Below are positions 19,627-28,945 of a stretch of DNA of 64,000 bases, piece after piece. The translations under genes were made by a program, and so were the position numbers. The number at the start of each line of letters is the position of its first letter. The stretch's first letter is position 1. The stretch is from a virus. The notes beneath the pieces were generated by a model. That model saw only the letters and a list, made by a program, of their open reading frames with translations. It ran no database searches and was not told where the DNA came from. The stretch spans positions 32,001-96,000 of the IMG/VR virus record IMGVR_UViG_3300046171_000225; one strand, given 5' to 3'.

Positions 19627-22600
19627 ATGTCAGACAGAGAATCGGTAGACCCAAGACAGCAGGTGCCGAACGAACAACAATCTGAAGTTACGCAAGTCCC
19701 ACAGGGGCTTGATCTTAGTCTATATGATATTGACGTCTCTGAGCCTTTTGGGTTTGGTACAGGACGTGACGACCCCCAACATCCTTCGATCATTTACGAT
19801 AAAGAAACAGGGTTTGCTATAAACAATAACCCAGTAGATGGCGAGTTTGGAGATCCGAGAGTCAGAGATCTTCAAATCTTAATGATTAACGAGCTAGATT
19901 CTAAAGGTAGAACGAATCAGCCAAGTGATGTACTCCCAGACTTTGGTGTTGATGGCATTTGGCGCTGCGAGACCCAGGCTGCGTTCAACAGGCTCTTAGA
20001 TGAAAAAGGTGTACAAAATAAAACAGTTGGTAATTCTGAAAGCTACGACTGTCCCGGATTGGAGCAGTTTGTTTTAGATGAGAAAACTCTTGAACAGCTA
20101 AAAGGAAAAAAGGGCGAGGAAGAAAGTTCAACCTCAAAAGATGGAGGTGCAACTGATAAAGACGCAGAAGCAGCAAATGAAGTAGTAGATCTGAACGATC
20201 AATGTATCGTTATATCAAACTTAAGGCAGATTCTTAAAGAAAGCAGTGCTCCAAAAGGAGATAAATATCCATCTTTCTTTATGGGATCGGCAGACGAGTC
20301 ATTGAGTAGGGATCAGATAAGGTACAACAGGATACACAAAATAACTACAACAGACCCTGCCACAATGATGAACAGATTGCGGATGACCAGGGGTGCCCTA
20401 GAGTTCTTGGGCATTAGGCATTGGCAACTTTCTCAGCTTGTTCCCACTATTAGAATCTATAAGCAATACCCGCAAGGTAAAAATAAACCACCGAGAGAGG
20501 TGGAAATCAAATTTAATTCTTTTGTAGATCCAATAACTGATTTACAAGACATGCTTAATAGTAGAGAACAAAGAGGTGTAGGAGTTGGAATTGAGTATCT
20601 TCAATATAGTCTAATAGGTCCTAACCCAGACGTAGCAAAAAAGCAGGTAATTGGAAAATTAGCTATTTATGCTCAAAACTTTAACGAACTTTTTAAAACA
20701 AGGAGAGGCTTTGATCAAGACGGCGTAGAATTTGAGGGAGGATATAGAATCATAGACCTTCTCCTGCAATCTTTAGGAACTGCGGGTAGAATAAACGATC
20801 CAAATAATTATTCCTTAAAAATAGTTGTTGGATGGGGCGCTAGTGGAGGCGGAGGTATTTTAGAACCAGCGTTAGTAAGTGCGATAAAAGAAATGCAACT
20901 CACAACGATTGTTTCTGTAGGAGACTATGATATTGACATTCAAGATGATCAAGGCGGCTCTGTCAGGGTGGTACTAGATTTTTATCCAAGATTAGAAGCA
21001 GTCACTCTTGCTCGGGGCTCAGATGTTCTTGCCGATGAAGCAACAAGAAAAAAAAGAAAACAAAGAAAAAACATCTTTGATAAATTAGTAAGAAGTGAAA
21101 AACTTGTAGACCCTGAAAAGCCTGATGGAGGCAGTGAAAGGTGTCTTTCTGCGGAACAGACAAGAGAACTGAAAGCTTCTTATGACAAGGATGTCCGCAG
21201 AGATATACAAAATTCTCAATCCACACTCTTAAGAAAATTACAAGAATCTAATCTTATTTACTCGCTAATATTACGCACACCAACAGACGAAGAGGTCAAA
21301 GAGCAGATTAATGCTATAGCTACACAAACAGCCAGCTCGCTAACAGGGGAGCTTGCAGGCAGTTTAGATTTAGCGAGGCTCATGCTTGAGTTTAAAAAGA
21401 ATCAAGTAGTAGAAGTTTTAAATGATCCCTTTAATGATGAAAGACTGAAAAATGACAGAGACTTGCTATTAAACCCAGAGACACGCATGGTTCAGTATTT
21501 CTTCTTAGGAGATTTGCTTGCTGTAGCTTTGGATAATGTTTTTGAAGGCGAAGACAAAGATATTTATCTTGGAAATGTTAAATATATTATGGGACCGGTT
21601 ACTTTCCGGGATAATAATGGGCAAGACATAACAATAAATATAGCGGATATTCCCATATCGGTTGACCTGTTTGTAGATTTCATGGCTAAAAAAATGCCAA
21701 CAGGGATAGAATCAGGAACAGCTTATCCTCTCTATCTGTTTACAAGAGACGTTGTAAAAGACTTAGCGTTTGAAGCGTTTGGGCCTGAATGTAATTTTGG
21801 ATTAGACAGAAAAAATGTTGTCTTAGCAACTGATATTATGGGAGTTGATTCTGGGAGTGGAGGGACAGATCAACTAGATTCAAAATACAACGTAAAGGGG
21901 TCTGTTGATGGTCGTAAAAAAGATAGAAAATCAAAAGATTCTTCCCAAAACGTAGAGATGAATTCAAAAAATGGTTCGGGATTGTTAGACATTGACCAAT
22001 TTAAGATCGATTTTGACAACCCAGATAATAGTACATTCATTTTTGATACAAGAAACCAAAAGAGCCTAAGAGATAGATATACTTACCTTGTAATCTATGC
22101 CAATACTGAAGACCCAGATTTGGGACCGCCGAGCGAAGGTGAGACTAGGTTCCGTAGAGATGCTGCACAAGGAGTTTACCATGTAACTAGTGGCTTAGAT
22201 CGTGGACTGTTGAAAAGTGTGTCATTTAGTAAGGCTAGTAATACCTCTAAATATTTGAGAGCTACTCGTGTACAACAAAACAGAGAGTTACCGGACCTTC
22301 AACTAGCAAATTATTTCGAAATTACTGCCGAGATGTATGGGAATGCTTTATTTTGGCCAGGAAGCTATATCTACCTGAACACAAGAGGTCTAGGGTCAGA
22401 CCTCTTGGGAGACCCCTCTGATAATCAGACTCCGTCTCCATCGAACATTCTTGGAATTGGTGGTTACCACCAGATCAAAAGAATTGATAATACAATAAAC
22501 ACCTCCGGATTTAACACTAAAGTGTCTGCTCTATTTTTTAAAAGTGGAGATGGCCGACCTAAAAATCTGGTTAAGAGCCCGACTCCACCAGAGCTTGTTA

Positions 22601-22683
22601 ACAAGTCCTGCGAAGATAATTTCTTTGCAAAAGCGAAAGAACAATTAAATGATGCATTACTTAATACTGGGGAGGACAAGTAA
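19627..22683 (+). CDS. Large baseplate hub-like protein with N-terminal peptidoglycan-binding-like motif
   Basis: FGVDGIWRCETQAA near the N-terminus; C-terminal MYGNALFWPG...GGYHQIKRIDNTI hub-like segment. Confidence 0.5.
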   Translation: MSDRESVDPRQQVPNEQQSEVTQVPQGLDLSLYDIDVSEPFGFGTGRDDPQHPSIIYDKETGFAINNNPVDGEFGDPRVRDLQILMINELDSKGRTNQPSDVLPDFGVDGIWRCETQAAFNRLLDEKGVQNKTVGNSESYDCPGLEQFVLDEKTLEQLKGKKGEEESSTSKDGGATDKDAEAANEVVDLNDQCIVISNLRQILKESSAPKGDKYPSFFMGSADESLSRDQIRYNRIHKITTTDPATMMNRLRMTRGALEFLGIRHWQLSQLVPTIRIYKQYPQGKNKPPREVEIKFNSFVDPITDLQDMLNSREQRGVGVGIEYLQYSLIGPNPDVAKKQVIGKLAIYAQNFNELFKTRRGFDQDGVEFEGGYRIIDLLLQSLGTAGRINDPNNYSLKIVVGWGASGGGGILEPALVSAIKEMQLTTIVSVGDYDIDIQDDQGGSVRVVLDFYPRLEAVTLARGSDVLADEATRKKRKQRKNIFDKLVRSEKLVDPEKPDGGSERCLSAEQTRELKASYDKDVRRDIQNSQSTLLRKLQESNLIYSLILRTPTDEEVKEQINAIATQTASSLTGELAGSLDLARLMLEFKKNQVVEVLNDPFNDERLKNDRDLLLNPETRMVQYFFLGDLLAVALDNVFEGEDKDIYLGNVKYIMGPVTFRDNNGQDITINIADIPISVDLFVDFMAKKMPTGIESGTAYPLYLFTRDVVKDLAFEAFGPECNFGLDRKNVVLATDIMGVDSGSGGTDQLDSKYNVKGSVDGRKKDRKSKDSSQNVEMNSKNGSGLLDIDQFKIDFDNPDNSTFIFDTRNQKSLRDRYTYLVIYANTEDPDLGPPSEGETRFRRDAAQGVYHVTSGLDRGLLKSVSFSKASNTSKYLRATRVQQNRELPDLQLANYFEITAEMYGNALFWPGSYIYLNTRGLGSDLLGDPSDNQTPSPSNILGIGGYHQIKRIDNTINTSGFNTKVSALFFKSGDGRPKNLVKSPTPPELVNKSCEDNFFAKAKEQLNDALLNTGEDK

Positions 22684-23963
22684 TGTCTATAAGAAAGTTC
22701 ATAGGCAGCAATAGTTTGAGCAATTCTAGAATTTTGTTTAATGAAAGAGCAAAATATAGAAACGAAGCAATCAGTAAAAGACTTCAAGCAGAGTATCCAG
22801 GAGTTTTTAGGGACTTTTGGTTTATTGAAAATATGTATTACGGTAAAATAAACAGATTGCACGAGTTTATGATTCCAAAAGAGTCTAAAATAAAAACTGT
22901 TCAACTAGATGGTGGTGAAAGTTTATTTGTTCTTGACTTTGTTGCTGACGCTATAAATGGTTTCCTCAAAAGCTATGACCAAGCCTTGAGCAACGGGAAG
23001 ATATCTAGACAAGATCAGATTTTATCTTCTTTGGTACCTGTAAAAGGTTATACAAATGTTTTATTCGACTATGAAAAGAATGTGAGATTATTAAGAGATA
23101 CTATCCATCCTATTTTAATTCAAAAAGAAAAACAAATTCATGATTTTGAATCTTTTGTTGATCTGTTTATGGAGATGCTCTTTGAAAATTATACTAATAA
23201 TCCATTTACTCTTACTGGATTTGTTTCTAGTAAACTTTCTCCCCTATCCATGACTGGCTTATTCGTTGAGATGTCTAATCTAGACTACGGAAAGGATCAA
23301 GAAAAAATAACAGAACTTATTGATAAACCAAGTTATACTTTCTTTATAAAGAATTGTGCTAAGCATGGATTTTTAATTGATGTTAACGTCCCATGGAGAG
23401 TCTGTGCTAACATCGGCTCACTAGAAATGGAAAGCTACATGGCGAAGTACGATTCTAACAAAGACAAAGTCTTCAACGATTACTATGATGTATCGTACAA
23501 TAGAGATATAGAATATATGATGAATTATCTATTATCTTTTTATAATAGATTTGTTACATTTAGACCTTTTATTCAGAATGAAAAAGTAGATGGCTTTAAT
23601 ATACATAGATATGTCACTCGAAGAAAGAAGTTGACTAAAGAAGAACTAGACTTTAAGTATGATAATAAATTTAGATTAAATTTATATATTGATTTAAGAA
23701 ATAGAGAGACCAATAGTCGGTATAAAAAAGCCTTAATAAATAAAATAAAGAACAATGCTATGGGATATCTTGACTCTCTAGGAATGCAGTCAGCGATGTC
23801 GTACATAGATCAGCAGTTCAAAGGGTTTTTAAACGACAGAGGGGCGTACAACAGTCTCAATATTGCCTCAGAGTTGGAGCTAGAAAACGCACAAGCTTCT
23901 GGACAGGACTTGCAGGAAGTGCTAGACCGTTCGGTAGCAGAGTCTAGAAAGACGATTTACTAG
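22683..23963 (+). CDS. Hypothetical protein
   Basis: 426-aa ORF, TAATG-coupled to the upstream gene. Confidence 0.6.
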   Translation: MSIRKFIGSNSLSNSRILFNERAKYRNEAISKRLQAEYPGVFRDFWFIENMYYGKINRLHEFMIPKESKIKTVQLDGGESLFVLDFVADAINGFLKSYDQALSNGKISRQDQILSSLVPVKGYTNVLFDYEKNVRLLRDTIHPILIQKEKQIHDFESFVDLFMEMLFENYTNNPFTLTGFVSSKLSPLSMTGLFVEMSNLDYGKDQEKITELIDKPSYTFFIKNCAKHGFLIDVNVPWRVCANIGSLEMESYMAKYDSNKDKVFNDYYDVSYNRDIEYMMNYLLSFYNRFVTFRPFIQNEKVDGFNIHRYVTRRKKLTKEELDFKYDNKFRLNLYIDLRNRETNSRYKKALINKIKNNAMGYLDSLGMQSAMSYIDQQFKGFLNDRGAYNSLNIASELELENAQASGQDLQEVLDRSVAESRKTIY

Positions 23964-23973
23964 CGGAGTTAGT

Positions 23974-25155
23974 GTGCTGTTCCAAACGTTAGACGATAAA
24001 AACGAGTGTGTTGCGTTCTACGAAGATGGTGAGTTTGTCGAGTCTTACCGTGATTCTATGACACACAGCTGGACTGCACCTGCTTATTTGCAGGGATACG
24101 ATATCGAGTACGCTTACCTTTACGCGAAGTCAAGCTTGAAGGATGTTTGTCCTGAGCACCTGACCAAGGAGCTGACCGAATGTTTAGACTTGCTGCGTGC
24201 CTACACACTCTCGATGATGGAAGCACAGCTAGACCTGAATCAGCACTGCTTCTACGATTTGGTGCCCGAGAGTTTTCTGAAGAGATTTTGTGAAATCAAA
24301 AACAAGGTTGCAGCACATGTATTTGAGAACTTCAAGAAGCCAAAAGAGTATAAGTTTTTAAAGCAACTGCACGAACTAACACAAGAGATTTCTAATAGGA
24401 AACTAAATTTAGACTTCGAAGATAGCATTAGATTAGCGGATCTCTCTAAGCCATCTCGTAGTAAGCTTCGTAGTGTCAAGAGGTCGGCACCCTACGTCAG
24501 GTATAATATCTTTGGCTCTAGGACAGGGAGGCTCACTACTAGGCCAAACAGTTTTCCGATCCTGAACATCAATAAGGAGTTTCGGAGTGCTATCCGGCCT
24601 ACTAATGATTTCTTCGTAGAGCTTGACTACAATGCTTTTGAACTAAGAGTTCTACTCTATCTTATGGATAAAGAGCAGCCCAACATCGATATCCATGAGT
24701 GGAATATTCAAAATGTTTATCGAGGGGCTGGCAGCAGAGACGAAGCTAAAACAAGAATCTTTTCTTGGCTTTACAACTTAGAGTCTGACGATCATTTATC
24801 CGAGCGTGCATATAACAGGCAGGAAATCATTGACAGGTACTGGGATGGCCAAAGAATTATCAATCCTTTCGGAAGATCGATAGAGGCTGATAAGTTCCAT
24901 GCCTTGTCGTACCTAATCCAGAGCACTGCCGCTGATATAGTCTTGAGGCAGATGGTAAAGCTGCACAAAATGTTAACTGAGGTTAAGTCACACATTGCCT
25001 TTACAATTCACGATTCTGTAGTGATCGACATGTCATACGACGATGCACATCTATTGCCGGAACTTAAGAAACAGTTCTCTACTTATAGGGGCACAGAGTT
25101 CTTGACCAATATGTCAGTCGGGGCTAACTTTGGAAACATGGAGACCAGAAAATGA
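23974..25155 (+). CDS. Minimal family-A DNA polymerase-like protein
   Basis: TGRL, motif A ELDYNAFELR, motif B RDEAKTRIFSWLY, IQSTAAD, motif C TIHDS. Confidence 0.8.
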   Translation: MLFQTLDDKNECVAFYEDGEFVESYRDSMTHSWTAPAYLQGYDIEYAYLYAKSSLKDVCPEHLTKELTECLDLLRAYTLSMMEAQLDLNQHCFYDLVPESFLKRFCEIKNKVAAHVFENFKKPKEYKFLKQLHELTQEISNRKLNLDFEDSIRLADLSKPSRSKLRSVKRSAPYVRYNIFGSRTGRLTTRPNSFPILNINKEFRSAIRPTNDFFVELDYNAFELRVLLYLMDKEQPNIDIHEWNIQNVYRGAGSRDEAKTRIFSWLYNLESDDHLSERAYNRQEIIDRYWDGQRIINPFGRSIEADKFHALSYLIQSTAADIVLRQMVKLHKMLTEVKSHIAFTIHDSVVIDMSYDDAHLLPELKKQFSTYRGTEFLTNMSVGANFGNMETRK

Positions 25156-25412
25156 AGCCAACACCAGAAGAGATTGCATCTATCAACGAGGAAGCACTAA
25201 TAGCAGATGGGCTAGGTGATGCTATAATTGGCTACGGGAATCAGTATCCAAAGAACCCTGTAGTTATCTACGACTACGATAAGTGCGTGGATATACTCAT
25301 AACGCAGGGAATGTCTTACCATGACGCAGTAGAGTGGATGGAATTCAATGTTGTTTGCTCATACATGGGAGAGGGCACACCAATTTTTATGAGGAATTTC
25401 GAATGGATGTAG
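25152..25412 (+). CDS. Conserved-type phage hypothetical protein
   Basis: ADGLGDAIIG...EWMEFNV..YMGEGTPIF. Confidence 0.6.
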   Translation: MKPTPEEIASINEEALIADGLGDAIIGYGNQYPKNPVVIYDYDKCVDILITQGMSYHDAVEWMEFNVVCSYMGEGTPIFMRNFEWM

Positions 25413-26233
25413 TAGGACTTGGCACAGCAGCATGTAATATTGCGGATCATTTTTCGAGATACCCACAGTACACAGTCCATAAGATTGATGTGGGTATTGA
25501 AGGAGATCGCTGTTTTTCTGTAGGTCAGCAAAGAAATGCTGAGGATTACGAATCTAATGTTCCGGTTATGAACGATTTCTTTTCTGGTTTTGGTGACGAG
25601 GTACTGTTCATCATAGCAGGATCAGGCAATATCTCCGGGATGGCTCTCAGAGTCCTAGAGCAAATAAAGAACAAGAGAATAACAATTCTGTATATTAGCC
25701 CAAACAAGAAGACCTTAACAGGGAAGAAAAAGCTTCTAGAAAGAGCAACCTTTGGTATTCTTCAAGAGTATGCTAGATCCGGGCTTCTGGAAGAAGTTGT
25801 TATTGTTAGCAATGAAAAAGTTGCGGAGATCGTAGGGGACTTACCAGTAATCGGATACTACAGGAAGATTAACGAGCTCATAGTATCTACTCTACACTTC
25901 ATAAATATTTTCAACAGAACAGAACATGTTTACGGCGTCTTAGAAGACAAAGATGATGTGTGTGCAATAACAACAATCGGTATACTGAATCCGGAGACAT
26001 CTAAAGAACAAATGCTCTTTGATCTTGACCTTATTCGCGAAAAGGACTACCAGTACGCTCTTAGAAACAGTGTGCTCATGAGTGAATCAAAGGTTATACC
26101 TACCATTGAAGGCCATATGGAAGAAAAAACAGAAACCTGGTTGACAAAAATATCGTATAGGATATACTCCACCGAGTACGAGACAGACTATGGGTATGTG
26201 ATGTACAGAACATCTAAGGTACAGGGGGAGTAG
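25403..26233 (+). CDS. Divergent tubulin/FtsZ-like protein
   Basis: N-terminal VVGLGTAACNIA, degenerate signature AGSGNISG, IVSNE and YRKINELI; ATG 25403 follows GAGG. Confidence 0.6.
   Translation: MDVVGLGTAACNIADHFSRYPQYTVHKIDVGIEGDRCFSVGQQRNAEDYESNVPVMNDFFSGFGDEVLFIIAGSGNISGMALRVLEQIKNKRITILYISPNKKTLTGKKKLLERATFGILQEYARSGLLEEVVIVSNEKVAEIVGDLPVIGYYRKINELIVSTLHFINIFNRTEHVYGVLEDKDDVCAITTIGILNPETSKEQMLFDLDLIREKDYQYALRNSVLMSESKVIPTIEGHMEEKTETWLTKISYRIYSTEYETDYGYVMYRTSKVQGE
26141..26168 (+). promoter_or_regulatory. Candidate sigma70-type promoter upstream of the 26234 and SSB genes
   Basis: TTGACA-16 nt-TATACT. Confidence 0.45.
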
Positions 26234-26482
26234 GTGAAAGCGTATATGGTTTCTTTTCGTAAGTCTGATGGTTCAATCAGGCAAATGATCTTTTCGAAAA
26301 TAAAAGACTTGCCATCTTCTTTCGTTAATGGTAAACTAACCGGCACCGGAAAGCAAAAGACTCTGTCTGAGGGTCGAGAGCTTGTCTGGGATTTGGAAAA
26401 GAACGCATTTAGAGTTGTAAATTATAATACACTTGTTGGCAATATTGTCGAAGTGAATTATGATGAAGGAAAGTTAATTTAA
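26234..26482 (+). CDS. SH3/WYL-like beta-barrel protein
   Basis: VSFRKSDGSIRQM...VWDLEKNAFR. Confidence 0.55.
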   Translation: MKAYMVSFRKSDGSIRQMIFSKIKDLPSSFVNGKLTGTGKQKTLSEGRELVWDLEKNAFRVVNYNTLVGNIVEVNYDEGKLI

Positions 26483-26553
26483 ATAGTTAGTGCGTAAGAA
26501 TACCTCTTGCGTAACTATAGGGTAACCACCCACATAACAATAGGAGTACCAAA

Positions 26554-27327
26554 ATGGGTATCAATCTAGATAAGATGAGAGCAAAGTTGGATCGACTTGA
26601 GGGCAAGAACGCTCGCAAGGAGAGCATTTTTTGGAAGCCTACCGATGGCGAGCAGACCATCCGTATTCTTCCGGTAGCGGACGGCGACCCCTTCAAGGAG
26701 TTCTGGTTCCACTACAACCTTGGCAACAATCGTGGATTCCTTTCGCCAAAGCGTAACTACGGCGAGGCAGACCCACTCGATGATTTTGTCCGTAAGCTTT
26801 TTAACGAAGGCACTGATGACTCTGTCAAGATGGCCAAGAACCTCATGGCACGCCAGCGATTCTTCTCCGCAGTTATTGTTCGCGGTGAGGAAGAGAAGGG
26901 TGTTCGTCTCTGGGGCTATGGCAAGACAGCATACAAGGATCTTCTCGACCTTGTCATGAACGAGGACTATGGGGACATTACAGACCCTGAGACAGGCACT
27001 GACCTCGTTCTCAAGTACGGCAAGCCTCCTGGAGCTTCCTACCCACAGACAAGCCTTACACCGCGTCGTCGTCCGTCTCCCTTGAGCAGTAACGAAGATC
27101 AGATGGCTGATTGGGTTCATACTGTACCAGACTTCGACAAGGCATTCGCAGAGTCTCGCAAGACCCCAGACGAGGTTGGCCAAATGCTAGACGAGTGGCT
27201 TGCAAGCGAGTCTGATGGTGGAGAGACAGAGCGTTATGGCGATAATTCTGCTAAAAAAGAGTCCAATTCCTTCAATAGTGTGGACGATAAGCTAAACGAA
27301 CTACTAAATAGTAGCGCAACCATTTGA
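26554..27327 (+). CDS. Single-stranded DNA-binding protein (gp32-like)
   Basis: FWKP, IRILP, LWGYGK, DITDPETGTD and acidic tail. Confidence 0.8.
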   Translation: MGINLDKMRAKLDRLEGKNARKESIFWKPTDGEQTIRILPVADGDPFKEFWFHYNLGNNRGFLSPKRNYGEADPLDDFVRKLFNEGTDDSVKMAKNLMARQRFFSAVIVRGEEEKGVRLWGYGKTAYKDLLDLVMNEDYGDITDPETGTDLVLKYGKPPGASYPQTSLTPRRRPSPLSSNEDQMADWVHTVPDFDKAFAESRKTPDEVGQMLDEWLASESDGGETERYGDNSAKKESNSFNSVDDKLNELLNSSATI

Positions 27328-27343
27328 TTCCCCCCGCCGCAGG

Positions 27344-27398
27344 TAGGCACGGGCTGAGAAGCGATCCCAAGCTTCTTTAACAGGTGCCTAATTTTTTT
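27344..27398 (+). terminator. Structured RNA/terminator after SSB
   Basis: Outer stem TAGGCAC/GTGCCTA, inner stem AGAAGC/GCTTCT, then T7. Confidence 0.5.
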
Positions 27399-27415
27399 GA
27401 TAAAGGAAAAATAAA

Positions 27416-27643
27416 ATGATAAACATTAACATCATGTCGGCTCTACAAGATCGTAGAGTCCAGGTTGGTCTAGCAGCTGTAGGGCTTTTCTTCATTGCCC
27501 TTATCCTTGCTGACTGCGATACATCGAGAGCAGATGTAGCTGCAACAACTCATGCACCAACCACCGTGCCAACAGTAAGTGTTACCCCTCCTACCCAGGA
27601 TGAAGACACACTAGAGATTGTCTCAGAAAACACTGAAAACTGA
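27416..27643 (+). CDS. Small membrane-anchored protein, possible lipoprotein
   Basis: Hydrophobic helix ending LADC, then a Thr/Pro-rich linker. Confidence 0.5.
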   Translation: MININIMSALQDRRVQVGLAAVGLFFIALILADCDTSRADVAATTHAPTTVPTVSVTPPTQDEDTLEIVSENTEN

Positions 27644-27690
27644 TTGACACACGGCAGGGCATCTAATATAGGTGTCCTGTCTTTTTATTT
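27644..27690 (+). promoter_or_regulatory. Overlapping sigma70-type promoter and terminator hairpin upstream of recA
   Basis: TTGACA-17 nt-TATAGG; 12-bp stem 27653-27664/27670-27681 with G-U pairs, followed by a T-rich run. Confidence 0.5.
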
Positions 27691-27702
27691 TATGGAGGTA
27701 AC

Positions 27703-28833
27703 GTGGCGAAGAAGCAAAAGACTGGTTCCGTATCCGTAGGCGATATGATGAAGAGAATGAATAAGCGATACGGAATGCAGGTAGCCCATGATCTGACACA
27801 AGAGAACCCAACAGAGGTTAAGGGATGGATCCCAACTGGTTCACGATGGCTAGATTCGATCATTTGCAAAGGCAAGAAAGCAGGAATCCCTATGGGCAAG
27901 ATTACTGAGATTGCTGGACTTTCCGCAACTGGCAAGAGTTACATGGCCGCTTGCATTGCAGCAAACGCTCAGAAGATGGGCCAGTATGTTGTTTACTTCG
28001 ACTCAGAGAGTGCGATTGATCCTTCGTTCCTATCCAAAGCTGGTATAGATACTAGTCCTGAATACTTTATGTATGTTCAAGCTATTACTGTAGAGCAAGT
28101 TTTGGAGATGGTCGAAGAGTTTATTGGGATGGATCAGCCTATGGTTTTCATCTGGGACTCGATTGCAAACACCCCAACGGACTCTGATAAAGAGGGTAGC
28201 TTCAATCCAAATGCCTCGGTTGGCAAAAAAGCAAGAACTCTTTCTTTGGCATTTCAAAAGCTTACTATTCCTCTTGCGAATGCAAAATGTACATTGCTTT
28301 GTCTAAACCAGTTAAAGCAAAAGATTGCTTCCACCCACGCCGAAAGAATGGAAGCCATGTCTGAGCCTCTGACCACGCCGGGAGGTAAGTCTGTTGTTTA
28401 TGCGTCTTCTCTCCGTATTTGGTTAACTAAGCGTAAGTCTAAGGCTTCTTTTGTTCTTGACGACAATGGATTTACGATTGGTTCGGAAGTTAAGGCTACT
28501 CTTAAGAAGTCTCGGTTCGGCACTGAACGCCGCCAGTGCACTTTCCAGATTACTTGGGGAGATGATGAAGTTAGAATCATGGACGAGGAATCTTGGTTTG
28601 AGGCTATCAAAGGATCAGAATACATTAAGCAAAGCGGAGCTTGGTACACTCTTGTTTACGACAATGGCGACGAACAGAGATTCCAAGCTACAAAGTGGAT
28701 GAAACTTCTAGAAGATCCAAAATTCCGAAGCAGAGTTGAGGAGTTGATGGATCTTGAAGTTATTGGAAAGTATAAGGATAGAAAGGGCGATATCACAGCA
28801 TTTGAAGATGTTGACGCTCATCTTCCTGACTAA
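27703..28833 (+). CDS. recA: RecA/UvsX recombinase
   Basis: IPTGSRWLD, Walker A GLSATGKS, YFDSE, WDS, LNQ, TPGGK and GAWY motifs. Confidence 0.92.
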   Translation: MAKKQKTGSVSVGDMMKRMNKRYGMQVAHDLTQENPTEVKGWIPTGSRWLDSIICKGKKAGIPMGKITEIAGLSATGKSYMAACIAANAQKMGQYVVYFDSESAIDPSFLSKAGIDTSPEYFMYVQAITVEQVLEMVEEFIGMDQPMVFIWDSIANTPTDSDKEGSFNPNASVGKKARTLSLAFQKLTIPLANAKCTLLCLNQLKQKIASTHAERMEAMSEPLTTPGGKSVVYASSLRIWLTKRKSKASFVLDDNGFTIGSEVKATLKKSRFGTERRQCTFQITWGDDEVRIMDEESWFEAIKGSEYIKQSGAWYTLVYDNGDEQRFQATKWMKLLEDPKFRSRVEELMDLEVIGKYKDRKGDITAFEDVDAHLPD

Positions 28834-28841
28834 TAGTATTA

Positions 28842-28928
28842 GGTGAGGTGTCCGAGTGGCTTAAGGATCCGGTCTTGAAAACCGGTGAGGGTTAACGCCC
28901 TCCGTGGGTTCGAATCCCACCCTCACCG
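28842..28928 (+). tRNA. tRNA-Ser (anticodon UGA), CCA not encoded
   Basis: GGTGAGG/CCTCACC acceptor stem, CCGGT-CTTGAAA-ACCGG anticodon arm, long variable arm, GGTTCGAATCC T-loop, G discriminator. Confidence 0.93.
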
Positions 28929-28945
28929 TTTTTTCTGGGGGAAAA

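Noticed and set aside
26566-27183. Long antisense ORFs over SSB, thyX, tape measure, dnaE and other genes
   Set aside because: They lie wholly opposite well-supported genes and show no motifs; codon bias explains them.
28842-28928. tRNA as a selenocysteine or suppressor tRNA
   Set aside because: The anticodon reads TGA, which decodes Ser UCA, not TCA; the acceptor stem is a normal 7 bp.
28904-28945. ORF-track start of the RNase H gene at 28904
   Set aside because: It falls inside the tRNA; ATG 28946 follows a GGGGG RBS.
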